From a virus (lineage: Duplodnaviria > Caudoviricetes): a stretch of 57,823 nt of DNA. The position numbers and the translations under genes are program-made. The stretch lies in IMG/VR virus record IMGVR_UViG_3300008954_002723, positions 1-57,823 of that record; one strand, 5' to 3'. This document shows, piece after piece, positions 29,773 through 39,416 of this stretch; the first letter of the stretch is position 1; each line of letters starts with the position of its first letter. The notes under the pieces were generated by a model. The model saw only the letters and a program-made list of their open reading frames with translations, ran no database searches and had not been told where the DNA came from.

Positions 29773-29806
29773 AAAAAGGGTAGATGTATTTCTACCCTTT
29801 TTTTTT
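29773..29806 (+). terminator. Rho-independent terminator after the MCP gene
   Basis: AAAAAGGGTAGA-TGTATT-TCTACCCTTTTT followed by a T-run. Confidence 0.85.
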
Positions 29807-29840
29807 GTTTTATAAGATATTTATTATTAAATTAGCATCC

Positions 29841-30647
29841 ATGCGAATTAAGAAAAAAGATGTAATATTAGAAGCCACTTTATTAGATGTAAGTAGTGAA
29901 TTTAATAACCAAGAAAAAAAATTATTAAAAGTACTTGCCAAAAAATTTGGGGATGGAGGATATAATAGTGAGTTTGATAGATTTGAGGCAGCAGCGTGGT
30001 TAATAGAGCATATGGATATTCCTTATGATGTTGCGTATGATTTGAGTCTTACTTATTGGTGGCATGGAAAAGATTTATTTAAAGAATATGACCCTATAAG
30101 GAAAAAAGAAAGTAGAGGTTATATTTTTAACAGAATGTTAAGAAACTTATTAGAAAAGTATGTGGCGGAAAAGGGAGAAACCATTGGTAATATTAAATTA
30201 AAATGGAATGATCCGAACAAAGAGTTTAGCGAGGAAGAAACATTTACCAGTGATGCAGAAATAAAATTATGGACCGGAAATCAAGGATTTTCCCTTTATA
30301 TTCCTTTAGGAGACGATTTTAATGATAATTATAATATTGATTACAATCTACGTAGTAATGCCACTCTAATGATATCTATTGAATTTAAAGAATATCCTGC
30401 AGAATCATATAGAGAAAAGGGAGATCCTAGGGCAGACACACATTTTAAATTAACGGTTGAATATCATACAGGTAGTTCATGGATGAATCCTACTAATAAA
30501 ACAACACTTATAGAAAAAGATATCCCCATGCCACACCCAATGATACCAGCAACTATTTATAAACTTTTTACGGATACCATTAAAGAAGTGTTGGATGAAA
30601 TAGAAGGGATAACTTTTGACTTCCCATATCCTGATAAGGTGGAGTAA
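29841..30647 (+). CDS. Hypothetical late protein
   Basis: Likely start MRIKKKDVILEA after TATTTAT at 29818. Confidence 0.7.
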   Translation: MRIKKKDVILEATLLDVSSEFNNQEKKLLKVLAKKFGDGGYNSEFDRFEAAAWLIEHMDIPYDVAYDLSLTYWWHGKDLFKEYDPIRKKESRGYIFNRMLRNLLEKYVAEKGETIGNIKLKWNDPNKEFSEEETFTSDAEIKLWTGNQGFSLYIPLGDDFNDNYNIDYNLRSNATLMISIEFKEYPAESYREKGDPRADTHFKLTVEYHTGSSWMNPTNKTTLIEKDIPMPHPMIPATIYKLFTDTIKEVLDEIEGITFDFPYPDKVE

Positions 30648-30687
30648 AAATCCTCCTAAAATACCCAAAAACCCACATTTTTAAAAA

Positions 30688-30765
30688 TTAGACGATATAA
30701 GACGATTTCCTTGTCTTATATATATTATATATAAGACTACCCTGAAATCCTACCAGGACGTCTAA
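30688..30765. repeat. Nested inverted-repeat element at the convergence of the two transcription blocks
   Basis: TTAGACG...CGTCTAA outer pair; 12-bp palindrome GTCTTATATATA-T-TATATATAAGAC (30713-30737); alternative partner ATATAAGAC (30695-30703); CCTG/CAGG. Confidence 0.7.
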
Positions 30766-30767
30766 AA

Positions 30768-32249
30768 TCAGTGTAATTCATCAACCTGGTTGACGATTTC
30801 GAATTGCATTTGGTCGGTGTATGTTTTAACCTCTTGATTAGAGATTAATTTAATGTCAATATAATATCTATTAGGTATCATCCATGAGGTGTCTAAAAGA
30901 AAATAATTTTTAAGATATGCCATATTCACATCTTGCCATTCTATAACATTAACTTGAGTATTACCTTCTCTTACCCATAAACGATATTGTAAACTATCAA
31001 TTACCTTACTTTCATTTATAGTATAAGGTATTCGGGCAGAGACAATAATTTTTCTTACATCTCCTCTTTTTATTCTTTCATCTCTTTTAACCCCACTAAT
31101 AGACATTGCATAATCCACAGGTAAAGATTCATTATTACCTATTTGATAATATTGTGTGTCATCTTTAATTTCAAAATCTAATTCTATATCGGCAAGACTT
31201 ATTCCATCTACATTTATATCACCCCATACATCAAAATATAAAACCCCATCATCTGCCGTTGGTGGTACAAATACGTCTGCGTAATATATCCCTTCGGTCG
31301 CTTGTATGGTGTCTGTAGTAGTAATGGCAGAAAATATATTACCCTCATTATCATAAATTATAACACTAGGGTTGTTATCTAAATTTTTAGGTTCACCCCC
31401 TACATTACTATAGAGATATAATCTATTAACTTTATTTTTATAGAAATTTTTTCTATCGTCTTTTATTGGGTTATGATATATAGTTTCTAAAAAAGGTTCA
31501 TAATATGTTTGAGTATGTCGAGTAAAGAATCCCACATATTGGGACGGTGCAGTTATAGTTTTTTCTAATTGACAATCAAATGCCAAACCATATCCATTAT
31601 TGGTGGTTCCACCCGTAATTAAATCATTAACTTCTTGAGTAATATCCATTTCAATATTTTCATTACCTTTATCAAAATGTTGGGTGGTTACTGTTAATCC
31701 TGTTCCACATCCCTCATATACACCTCCACCTATATGGGTAGTATAACCAGTGAATCCATCACAGGTATTACCACTTAATCCATTATAGACACAAGAAGTA
31801 GTTCCGGTCCATGGAGTTACTGAAGTCGCATAATACCAATTACTCGCACCCTCTACATAGGTTATATTATTATCACTCTCTACGCTAATGACTCTTGTAT
31901 AATCATAACCAGTTCCTTCATCCCAAAATTGGTTTACTCTAAATAAGTTAAGATCAAATGATGATGTGCGTTGTTTACCATCTATTAATTTCTGTGCTTG
32001 TAAATTCTGATCAAAATAAGAACTATTACACATTTTTAAAGTATGGGTGACTTGGGAGAGGTCCCCTAATTTACCTTCACTGTAACGTTCTTGTAAATCC
32101 CCAACATCAAAATATAAAAGATGTCGCGTAAATTCTTCTGTTGTATCTGAACCCCCATAATATAATTCTGCAATAGGACTATTTCCTGTATTGGCAGCAC
32201 TATTTAAAATTAATGTATTATTTTTTTCTATGTATGACCTAATTACCAT
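30768..32249 (-). CDS. Putative virion structural protein
   Basis: 493 aa, beta-rich with TG/SG-x-T motifs; TATTTAT at 32261-32267 on the minus strand. Confidence 0.65.
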   Translation of the reverse strand: MVIRSYIEKNNTLILNSAANTGNSPIAELYYGGSDTTEEFTRHLLYFDVGDLQERYSEGKLGDLSQVTHTLKMCNSSYFDQNLQAQKLIDGKQRTSSFDLNLFRVNQFWDEGTGYDYTRVISVESDNNITYVEGASNWYYATSVTPWTGTTSCVYNGLSGNTCDGFTGYTTHIGGGVYEGCGTGLTVTTQHFDKGNENIEMDITQEVNDLITGGTTNNGYGLAFDCQLEKTITAPSQYVGFFTRHTQTYYEPFLETIYHNPIKDDRKNFYKNKVNRLYLYSNVGGEPKNLDNNPSVIIYDNEGNIFSAITTTDTIQATEGIYYADVFVPPTADDGVLYFDVWGDINVDGISLADIELDFEIKDDTQYYQIGNNESLPVDYAMSISGVKRDERIKRGDVRKIIVSARIPYTINESKVIDSLQYRLWVREGNTQVNVIEWQDVNMAYLKNYFLLDTSWMIPNRYYIDIKLISNQEVKTYTDQMQFEIVNQVDELH

Positions 32250-32269
32250 TTTCTTTATATATAAATATA

Positions 32270-33598
32270 TTAATTACTATTAATGTTATGATTTAATATA
32301 GTATCTAAATCAAATCTTAATACTTCTAATTTAGTGGTGTCTGGATCAGAAGGTAACCCATGATAAGGATGTACGTGAAGATTAACATATTCTTTCACTA
32401 ATTCTAAGAATTTTACTAGTTTATCCCCATATACTAAAGGATGTGCGTCACTATTAATGGTACCTTGTTCATCCGTAGTTATTAAATATTCCGGATTAGT
32501 TAAATCAAAATTATGTTCTCCATCGTGACTTAATAAATTAATTTTATTTGCCACTAAATTCATAACACTGGTTTTATTGTCATCATTAGCTACTACCTTA
32601 TTTTTTTTAATAGTAGTCTTTCTTTCTGTTGGTGTAACCGAAAATATTGCAATACCATTTTTTGCATTAGGATATTTATTCAATAAATCTGCCGATAAAC
32701 ATTTTAATTTCCATTTAGCACCTTTATGTAAATTAATAAAGTTTAGTGATTCTTTTAATGCTTCTACCCTATTATTACTACCTACTTTCTCATCAATTAA
32801 AGTATGTATAACCTTACCACTTTTAATATTTTTAACCTGGATATGATAAGTAGTTTTAGTTACTGTCGAACTCTTATAGTTTTCATCAGGTAAATCAAAG
32901 GATAAAAGTTGATTGCCCACAAAACTAGAAATAGTGGCAACAATTAAAGTAGTTGGCTCTGGGGGTATCAGAGTAATGTGCTCTTTGTCTACCGTTGTCC
33001 TTTTTAATTTTTCGCCACCATATTTTAATTGAATATAACCAATATCTTGTTTATTAAATTCTATATTATCTCCCTCAATAAATTTACCAGCCCTCAACCA
33101 AATTTCCCTATCTTTTTGAACAATATCAGTATTATATCTTCCTTGTAAAACTACGTTTTCACTTCCTACTTCATATGCACCAGTTTGTATACCTGGATCA
33201 CCAGTCGCAATTGGTCCAAAAGGAAATACTGAACTGGATTGGGTCGCATCATCAAAAGAAAGGTTAGTAACTTTACTAATTACTGGTCCCATCCAGAATC
33301 TAGTGGTTTGAAACTCTGCTTGGGGAGAAGCCATATCAGTGTCCCATTGGAATACTAATACTCCTTCACCTGGTTTTGGCATTATATTTAAAAATCGAGG
33401 TAATAAAGGAATACAAGGAGGTAATTGATCGGTAGAAACCTTAAAATTACCATCCCTACTTTTTTTGTCATCAATTCCCGTTATTCTTACCCTTATAGTT
33501 CCAGATGTATCCGTATCTACATATGGTTGGACGATACCAAACCTAATATTTTTAACTTTATTTTTTATTGAATTACTCCAAAAACTAGTTTCACTCAT
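32270..33598 (-). CDS. Baseplate hub/central spike-like protein (gp5-type N-terminal OB fold)
   Basis: DTDTSGTIRVRI...PLLP...PKPGEGVLV...FWMG; LQGRYNTDI; C-terminal HVHPYHG (HxH spike-tip motif). Confidence 0.7.
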   Translation of the reverse strand: MSETSFWSNSIKNKVKNIRFGIVQPYVDTDTSGTIRVRITGIDDKKSRDGNFKVSTDQLPPCIPLLPRFLNIMPKPGEGVLVFQWDTDMASPQAEFQTTRFWMGPVISKVTNLSFDDATQSSSVFPFGPIATGDPGIQTGAYEVGSENVVLQGRYNTDIVQKDREIWLRAGKFIEGDNIEFNKQDIGYIQLKYGGEKLKRTTVDKEHITLIPPEPTTLIVATISSFVGNQLLSFDLPDENYKSSTVTKTTYHIQVKNIKSGKVIHTLIDEKVGSNNRVEALKESLNFINLHKGAKWKLKCLSADLLNKYPNAKNGIAIFSVTPTERKTTIKKNKVVANDDNKTSVMNLVANKINLLSHDGEHNFDLTNPEYLITTDEQGTINSDAHPLVYGDKLVKFLELVKEYVNLHVHPYHGLPSDPDTTKLEVLRFDLDTILNHNINSN

Positions 33599-33801
33599 TA
33601 TTCTATCCCTTTATATCTTTTTATTAAAACTGAATTACCATAATAATATTCTTTTTCTACTTCTTCAAGTTTTTCTAAAAGTTTATCTATTTCATTTTTT
33701 AATGATATATGTTCATGTTGTAATACCATTAAATTTTCTTTAATTTTATTATTAGAAATGGTTTCCCAATTCGTTTTTGTATCTTTGATATTATCTTCCA
33801 A
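33598..33801 (-). CDS. Small coiled-coil protein
   Basis: 67-aa ORF overlapping both neighbours. Confidence 0.65.
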   Translation of the reverse strand: MEDNIKDTKTNWETISNNKIKENLMVLQHEHISLKNEIDKLLEKLEEVEKEYYYGNSVLIKRYKGIE

Positions 33802-34237
33802 TTCCTTGTCCTTTAATCAATTGAGTTGTCATTCCTTGCACCACTACTGTTCCGGCCGCGTTTCCTCCAGTCGCAGTTAAATTAATACCTGGTGGTATTG
33901 CCACTTCTACTTTCATTTTAGTTAATATCGCATTTGTTATTTCTTCCACTCTTATGGTTTCCATCATTAAATCTAGGTTTTGTGCTCCACTACCTAATGG
34001 ACCTAGAGGTATCCCAATATCTTTTTTGCGTTGTATTATTTTACTTGCAATGTCTATTGAGCTTAATCCCTCTCTATATTGAGCACCTGCCAAAATTTGT
34101 GCAGTTGGTACTGTGGCTAATGGTGTGTTACTACTGAGTGCACTTTTTAATAAATTAACAATAGTTTGTATTGCACCTAATGATCCTTTATTATTATTCT
34201 TACTTGAACTACTACTACTACTTTCTTTACATCCCAT
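33791..34237 (-). CDS. Hypothetical structural protein
   Basis: 148 aa; IPPGINLTATGGNAAGTVVVQG. Confidence 0.7.
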   Translation of the reverse strand: MGCKESSSSSSSKNNNKGSLGAIQTIVNLLKSALSSNTPLATVPTAQILAGAQYREGLSSIDIASKIIQRKKDIGIPLGPLGSGAQNLDLMMETIRVEEITNAILTKMKVEVAIPPGINLTATGGNAAGTVVVQGMTTQLIKGQGIGR

Positions 34238-34254
34238 AATATATTGTTTTTTTT

Positions 34255-35922
34255 TTAATCACAGAATTTACAAATATTTAACCATTTTAAATTAATATTA
34301 TTTAAAGAGTTTAAATTAATTTGATTACTAAATCCTTGTAATTGTCCTGTTATTTGCCCCCCCTTACCCAATACTTGATTAATTTTATCTATTTTACCTG
34401 CAATAAACCCAGGTAATAAGCTGGATAATGTAAGAAGATGATATACTTGTTTTTCTTTTAATTTTTTTGTAATATAACATATTATAATGTTAGTAAGTGC
34501 TCTTATAATTAAAGGTAATAGAAATTCATATATTAATTTATTTATTAAGTCCCCTATTATTACTCTAAAAACACATTCTAAACTCTTCAACATATCTTTA
34601 ATAGTGGTAGATTGTACTGGTTCATTATTAACTAAAAAATATAATGTGTTAGATAACATTAGATTTTTAGGGGATAAAAACATTTTAGTTATCGCCACTT
34701 GTAATCCAGTTATAAAATTAGACCAATATTCCTCTTTAGCTTTTTGTTCATCCACTGGTGCAACATTACTTGAAGAATTATTAGCCATTTTATTTAAGGT
34801 ATCGGAATAAACTTCTAATTTAGCACTAGTGGAATTAGTAGTTTTTATTTTTTCATTAAAGTCTACTAAATCATTAAAGGGTATCTTACTTATTTGTTTA
34901 TTACAACATTTCTCATAGAATTTAATACCGTTCTTCTTTTGGGATACCTTATTTTTAATATCTGCCATTTGTTCGGGACTAAAACTATAAAAAGAATTAT
35001 CTACTTCTACTTCACAATCATTAATTCCCACATTAATATAATCTTCAATCGCAGTCTCTAATTCTACCACTTGTGCTAAACATTCTTCCGGCATTTTTAT
35101 CTCACCACTTATAGTTCCAAATATAAAATTTATAGTATTAGGAATAACTTTATCAGTATCAAAAAGTGGTGTACAACTATTAACATAATCATTAATAAAA
35201 GTTATAAGATTTTTAGTTTGGAAGATATCCGCAATTTGCATTTTAAAAACCATTGGTGCTGCAGTTTGATCTTGCGCACCTCCAATACTACTTGTGGTGG
35301 TATAGGCGGTGTTATCATCTTCTAAAAAAGTAAAATGCGCAATATCTTTTTGTGTTATAGGGTCTTTCCACAATAATGGTTGTCCATTTGCTTGGATTAC
35401 GTCCCATAAAAATCTATTTAAGTCGGTTTGAGATGTTCCATCATATAATAATTGTCCTGCTTCACTATTAGGGTTAACACTAAATAAACATGTTAAATCA
35501 ATTTTTTTAACTTCTATATTAATTCCGGCACCAGCATTTCCTGTTTGTGGGTCAGTAAAAAATAACCAATGCGGAATAGTTGGTGTTATTTGACAGGCAA
35601 AACATTCTTTTAATGCTAATTTAAAATTTAGGGCTAAACTTCTTTCTAATGGCTCTATCTGCTCTACTAACCAATCAATTAATTGTAAACGCATTTGTTC
35701 AAAATTGATCCCTTGAACGAGTGCCAATATATCTTTTAATAGATCAATTACTCCCATACTTAAATTAGGGGTAGCAAAGGCAGGCAAACCATTAGGTATA
35801 TTAAAAGAGGGTAGATTATCACAGGTAATCATTCTAAGAGAAATTAATTCCATAATTTCTCTTCTCAAATCTCCTAATGCATCTTTAGGTTGACAAATTG
35901 TATTTTTTAATTTTGCTCCCAT
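34255..35922 (-). CDS. Cys-rich hypothetical late protein
   Basis: 555-aa ORF in the late operon; many Cys (CFAC, CC, CKFC). Confidence 0.7.
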   Translation of the reverse strand: MGAKLKNTICQPKDALGDLRREIMELISLRMITCDNLPSFNIPNGLPAFATPNLSMGVIDLLKDILALVQGINFEQMRLQLIDWLVEQIEPLERSLALNFKLALKECFACQITPTIPHWLFFTDPQTGNAGAGINIEVKKIDLTCLFSVNPNSEAGQLLYDGTSQTDLNRFLWDVIQANGQPLLWKDPITQKDIAHFTFLEDDNTAYTTTSSIGGAQDQTAAPMVFKMQIADIFQTKNLITFINDYVNSCTPLFDTDKVIPNTINFIFGTISGEIKMPEECLAQVVELETAIEDYINVGINDCEVEVDNSFYSFSPEQMADIKNKVSQKKNGIKFYEKCCNKQISKIPFNDLVDFNEKIKTTNSTSAKLEVYSDTLNKMANNSSSNVAPVDEQKAKEEYWSNFITGLQVAITKMFLSPKNLMLSNTLYFLVNNEPVQSTTIKDMLKSLECVFRVIIGDLINKLIYEFLLPLIIRALTNIIICYITKKLKEKQVYHLLTLSSLLPGFIAGKIDKINQVLGKGGQITGQLQGFSNQINLNSLNNINLKWLNICKFCD

Positions 35923-35925
35923 ACC

Positions 35926-36312
35926 TTAATCCAAATCATATTCGGTATCACTATTATTTTTCTTTTCATTAAATAACTCACGTAATAAATCTTTATCTTT
36001 ATCACTAAAGTTATTATCTGTTTTAGAGGATGTCTCACCATCTTTTGTATCAGTACTTATAATTTGGGTTTGTAATTTGGCCAATGCAAGTTTACGATCA
36101 ATAGTCCCCTCAATAATTTTTAAAGTATCATTATTAACCTTACCAATTAAGGATTCATCGTTAACATCTTCTATTTCTGCCCTACTTTTACGCTCATTAA
36201 GTTCTTTCCGAGCACTATTCATTACATTTACACAATCATTATATATTTCTTGCATAAACTCTTGTAGACTATCTTTATCAAGGTTTATTTTAGTTTTTTT
36301 TGGTCTTCCCAT
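35926..36312 (-). CDS. Hypothetical helical protein
   Basis: 128 aa; TATTTAT at 36331-36337 on the minus strand. Confidence 0.7.
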   Translation of the reverse strand: MGRPKKTKINLDKDSLQEFMQEIYNDCVNVMNSARKELNERKSRAEIEDVNDESLIGKVNNDTLKIIEGTIDRKLALAKLQTQIISTDTKDGETSSKTDNNFSDKDKDLLRELFNEKKNNSDTEYDLD

Positions 36313-36353
36313 AATATACTATCTTTATCTATAAATAGTAAAAACGGTACTTT

Positions 36354-37091
36354 TTACAATAAACCTTTATCTATTTTAAAATTCTTAAGAGAGGAATAAA
36401 TCTTTTTATATCTCCTCATTGAAACTCTTATATCTTTAGTTGTTAACCCAGATATTTCACGAATATAAGATAATATTAAATTTTTATTGTATTTGTTACC
36501 ACTTTCTACTTGTTCGAATATAGTTTCCCAGTTATCTAATACCATAATAAGTGCATTACCCACCAACTTTTCATTTTCACTTATTTTACCATGATTAGTT
36601 TCCGCTTTAATATTCGCAGAGATTTCTTTGATAAATTCATCTAATGAGGTTTTATCCGTATCTTCAATAGAATATTTATAATCATCCATTTCTTCTACGG
36701 TCTTATACATATCTTCATAAGAGAGATCTGATTTCATTCGTTTATCGGCCTTAAGAAGTTGTCCTAAAAGATAATTTTTACAAATAGTCCCAAAATAAGA
36801 ATAAGCTTTCTTATTTTTCTCAGGTCGGAACTTTTCCATCTTGGTCGCTAAAAATGATAAAGTATCGGCGTGTACATCTTCAAATGAATCCGCTTTTCTA
36901 TAAAGCTTATACCTTAGAATAATAGACTCAATCATTTTATTTAATGGGGCGCGTAAATGTTGGTTGTAAACCCTATTTCTCTCGTCCCAGTCATCTGATG
37001 TTAAAAATGCTACTACTGCCTCCTCTTGATCGGGACCAAAATATAAATTTGTTGTCCTTTTACGTCCACGTTTTTTTGGTTCATCGGACAT
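36354..37091 (-). CDS. Phage sigma factor for late transcription (T4 gp55-like)
   Basis: NLYFG...sigma region-2-like MEKFRPEKNKKAYSYFGTICKNYL. Confidence 0.75.
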   Translation of the reverse strand: MSDEPKKRGRKRTTNLYFGPDQEEAVVAFLTSDDWDERNRVYNQHLRAPLNKMIESIILRYKLYRKADSFEDVHADTLSFLATKMEKFRPEKNKKAYSYFGTICKNYLLGQLLKADKRMKSDLSYEDMYKTVEEMDDYKYSIEDTDKTSLDEFIKEISANIKAETNHGKISENEKLVGNALIMVLDNWETIFEQVESGNKYNKNLILSYIREISGLTTKDIRVSMRRYKKIYSSLKNFKIDKGLL

Positions 37092-37889
37092 TTAGGCAGT
37101 TTCTACTTCGTATGTTATCTCTCTATCTTCAGTGAAAAAATATTCTTTCTTAGCTTTATTAACCCAAAATTTAGTTTCTAAAATATCTATAGTATTTTTA
37201 TAATGATCAAATAAGGATCCTTCTCTATTATTTAAATGTTTATAACCTAATTTGGGTATAACCATTATAGGGATGGATAGATAACTCATTCTTAATAAAA
37301 ACTCATAAGTAAAAGTTAATTTAATATTAGATTTTAAGCCACCATTTTCTTCAAAAACATTTTTATTGACTATCATCCCATCAAAATTAAAATTATGAAC
37401 TTTTTGGAGAGTATTATTATCTAAATAACCTTGTTGTTCAGATACATTATTTACCCATACATTTTCATTGGTGAAAGAAATAAACTTCCCTTGTGGATCA
37501 CATTCAAATATAATAGGTAAGAAAACACCAACTTCCGGATAGTGTTTAATATAGTTTACACCATTACTAATCCATATCTTCGATAATTCATCATCATATT
37601 CTAAAAATGTAAAATAATCAGTGGTGGTTTGTGATACCCCATAATTAATTTGTGTTTGGAAGGATGTATCATCACTTTCATTAGTAACTACTCTTACGAT
37701 ATCCTTAATTGCTCCAAAATCAAAGTTATTTAAGAAATCATTTAATTTTTTATCCTCTGCGCTAACTATTAAAACTTCACTAGGTAAAGTTGTTTGTTCT
37801 ACAACACTATTAAGTGCTTTATTGAGATAAGTTTCTAAATTATCTTGCACTTCATGTATTGGTATAATAACTGTAATATTACTTGACAT
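37092..37889 (-). CDS. Glycosyltransferase family 2 (GT-A fold)
   Basis: ITVIIPIH...ALNSVVEQT...INYGV...YFTFLEYDDEL. Confidence 0.85.
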   Translation of the reverse strand: MSSNITVIIPIHEVQDNLETYLNKALNSVVEQTTLPSEVLIVSAEDKKLNDFLNNFDFGAIKDIVRVVTNESDDTSFQTQINYGVSQTTTDYFTFLEYDDELSKIWISNGVNYIKHYPEVGVFLPIIFECDPQGKFISFTNENVWVNNVSEQQGYLDNNTLQKVHNFNFDGMIVNKNVFEENGGLKSNIKLTFTYEFLLRMSYLSIPIMVIPKLGYKHLNNREGSLFDHYKNTIDILETKFWVNKAKKEYFFTEDREITYEVETA

Positions 37890-37904
37890 ATTGTTTTTTT
37901 TTAT

Positions 37905-39038
37905 TTATTTATTATTTTCAACTGCAGTTTGTGTTTCCGCTTTTTCTGTTTGTTGTATTAAAGTTTCTAATTCTACTTTTCTTCTATCAAAAATTCTACC
38001 ATATACTTCTTCAATACTTGTATCTCTTTCGTCAGTAGTATATAAAGATTTAAATTTATCCATACCTTCTACAATATTATTAGGTAAAGAATCTTCCATA
38101 AATAACCCTACCATCGTTGCGATAAGATCTGGTAAAGAATTAAGGTTGGCCGTCCAAATACCATTTTCATTTAATATTAAGTTACCATTTTGGTCTACTT
38201 TACCCATCCATTCTGGAACCATTCTTGGTATTTTACCAACTACAGGAGTATTTGTTTTCATACATTCTAATGGGAAGGTACCAAACCCTGCTAATTCATC
38301 AATCCAAACACCTAAAAATGATTTAGATAATTCTGTTGCAAAATCTTCTCTATTTAATCCTGACATATCTCTAAATGTTACAAATTGATAATGGGGATAT
38401 TTTTGGAAGAAAATTTTAACTAATTTTAATACTTCTCTTTTATCTCTCGCACTAATTGCAACTGTGGGTACTTTTGGTTTTTCATTTTCCGTAAAGAAAG
38501 AAGGTATACCCACTGGGATTATTTCTGTCATCAAATTTCTAAACACATTGTTAACATAATCTTTTAGATTTTGATTAGTAGTGATAACATCAGTTATACC
38601 AAATGCAGGCCAATTTTCTCCTATTTCTAACATTTCAAAAATGTATTCATAAGACTGTAAAAATACAATTCTTTTACAAGGAAAATTAGTGGTTTGTTTC
38701 ATTATACTGGCAAATGCCTCAGGGATAACCACGAAATCTGCGGGTCCTACTTGAAGTTTTTGTGATTCTATAGAAATATGGGGTAAGTTAGAATATTCTT
38801 CACCTAACCAATCTTCGACACCCATACCTTCAGCGTCACCTTTTAATTTATAATCATTTTTATCATGTAAAATTTGGGCATTAAACCCTAATTTACGTAA
38901 CACTTTAACATGTTCATAAATATTAGCAACCCCAGCCGTAGGATTGCCTTTAGTGTCAATTACGAAGAAATAAATACCAAAATCTTTAGTATTTAATTTT
39001 TCAATTGCACCTTCTAAATTTTTAATTTGTTCACTCAT
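37905..39038 (-). CDS. Glycosyltransferase (GT-B/GT4-like)
   Basis: AGVANIYEHVKVLRKLG...VVIPE...AGFGTFPLECM...PVVG. Confidence 0.75.
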   Translation of the reverse strand: MSEQIKNLEGAIEKLNTKDFGIYFFVIDTKGNPTAGVANIYEHVKVLRKLGFNAQILHDKNDYKLKGDAEGMGVEDWLGEEYSNLPHISIESQKLQVGPADFVVIPEAFASIMKQTTNFPCKRIVFLQSYEYIFEMLEIGENWPAFGITDVITTNQNLKDYVNNVFRNLMTEIIPVGIPSFFTENEKPKVPTVAISARDKREVLKLVKIFFQKYPHYQFVTFRDMSGLNREDFATELSKSFLGVWIDELAGFGTFPLECMKTNTPVVGKIPRMVPEWMGKVDQNGNLILNENGIWTANLNSLPDLIATMVGLFMEDSLPNNIVEGMDKFKSLYTTDERDTSIEEVYGRIFDRRKVELETLIQQTEKAETQTAVENNK

Positions 39039-39049
39039 AGTTTGTATTT

Positions 39050-39367
39050 TTATAATTCTTTTATAATTCTTTTAATTAATAAGGTATTAAAAGATAATTT
39101 AAAGGGTATGGGTAAAGAATTTAATCCCATCACTCCCATTTTTTCATCTATCACATCATTAGTAGTTAAAACCGTATTTAAGAGATCTCTATATACTTCA
39201 TATTTAGCCACATCAATCTGTAAACCAGGTACTGTTTCTGTTTTATTATTAAATTCTTCTGCATCTGTACCAACCAATGATTTTTTTTCTACGCTTATGC
39301 ATTGGGATAATGTATCTACATCCACATAAAACTCTTTTCCTCCTACTTCTAATAATATATTTTCCAT
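39050..39367 (-). CDS. Hypothetical phage protein
   Basis: 105-aa ORF within the operon. Confidence 0.7.
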   Translation of the reverse strand: MENILLEVGGKEFYVDVDTLSQCISVEKKSLVGTDAEEFNNKTETVPGLQIDVAKYEVYRDLLNTVLTTNDVIDEKMGVMGLNSLPIPFKLSFNTLLIKRIIKEL

Positions 39368-39416
39368 CTTTTTTTATTTAAAATTAAATCATTTTTTATC
39401 TTAAGTAAATGATTTT

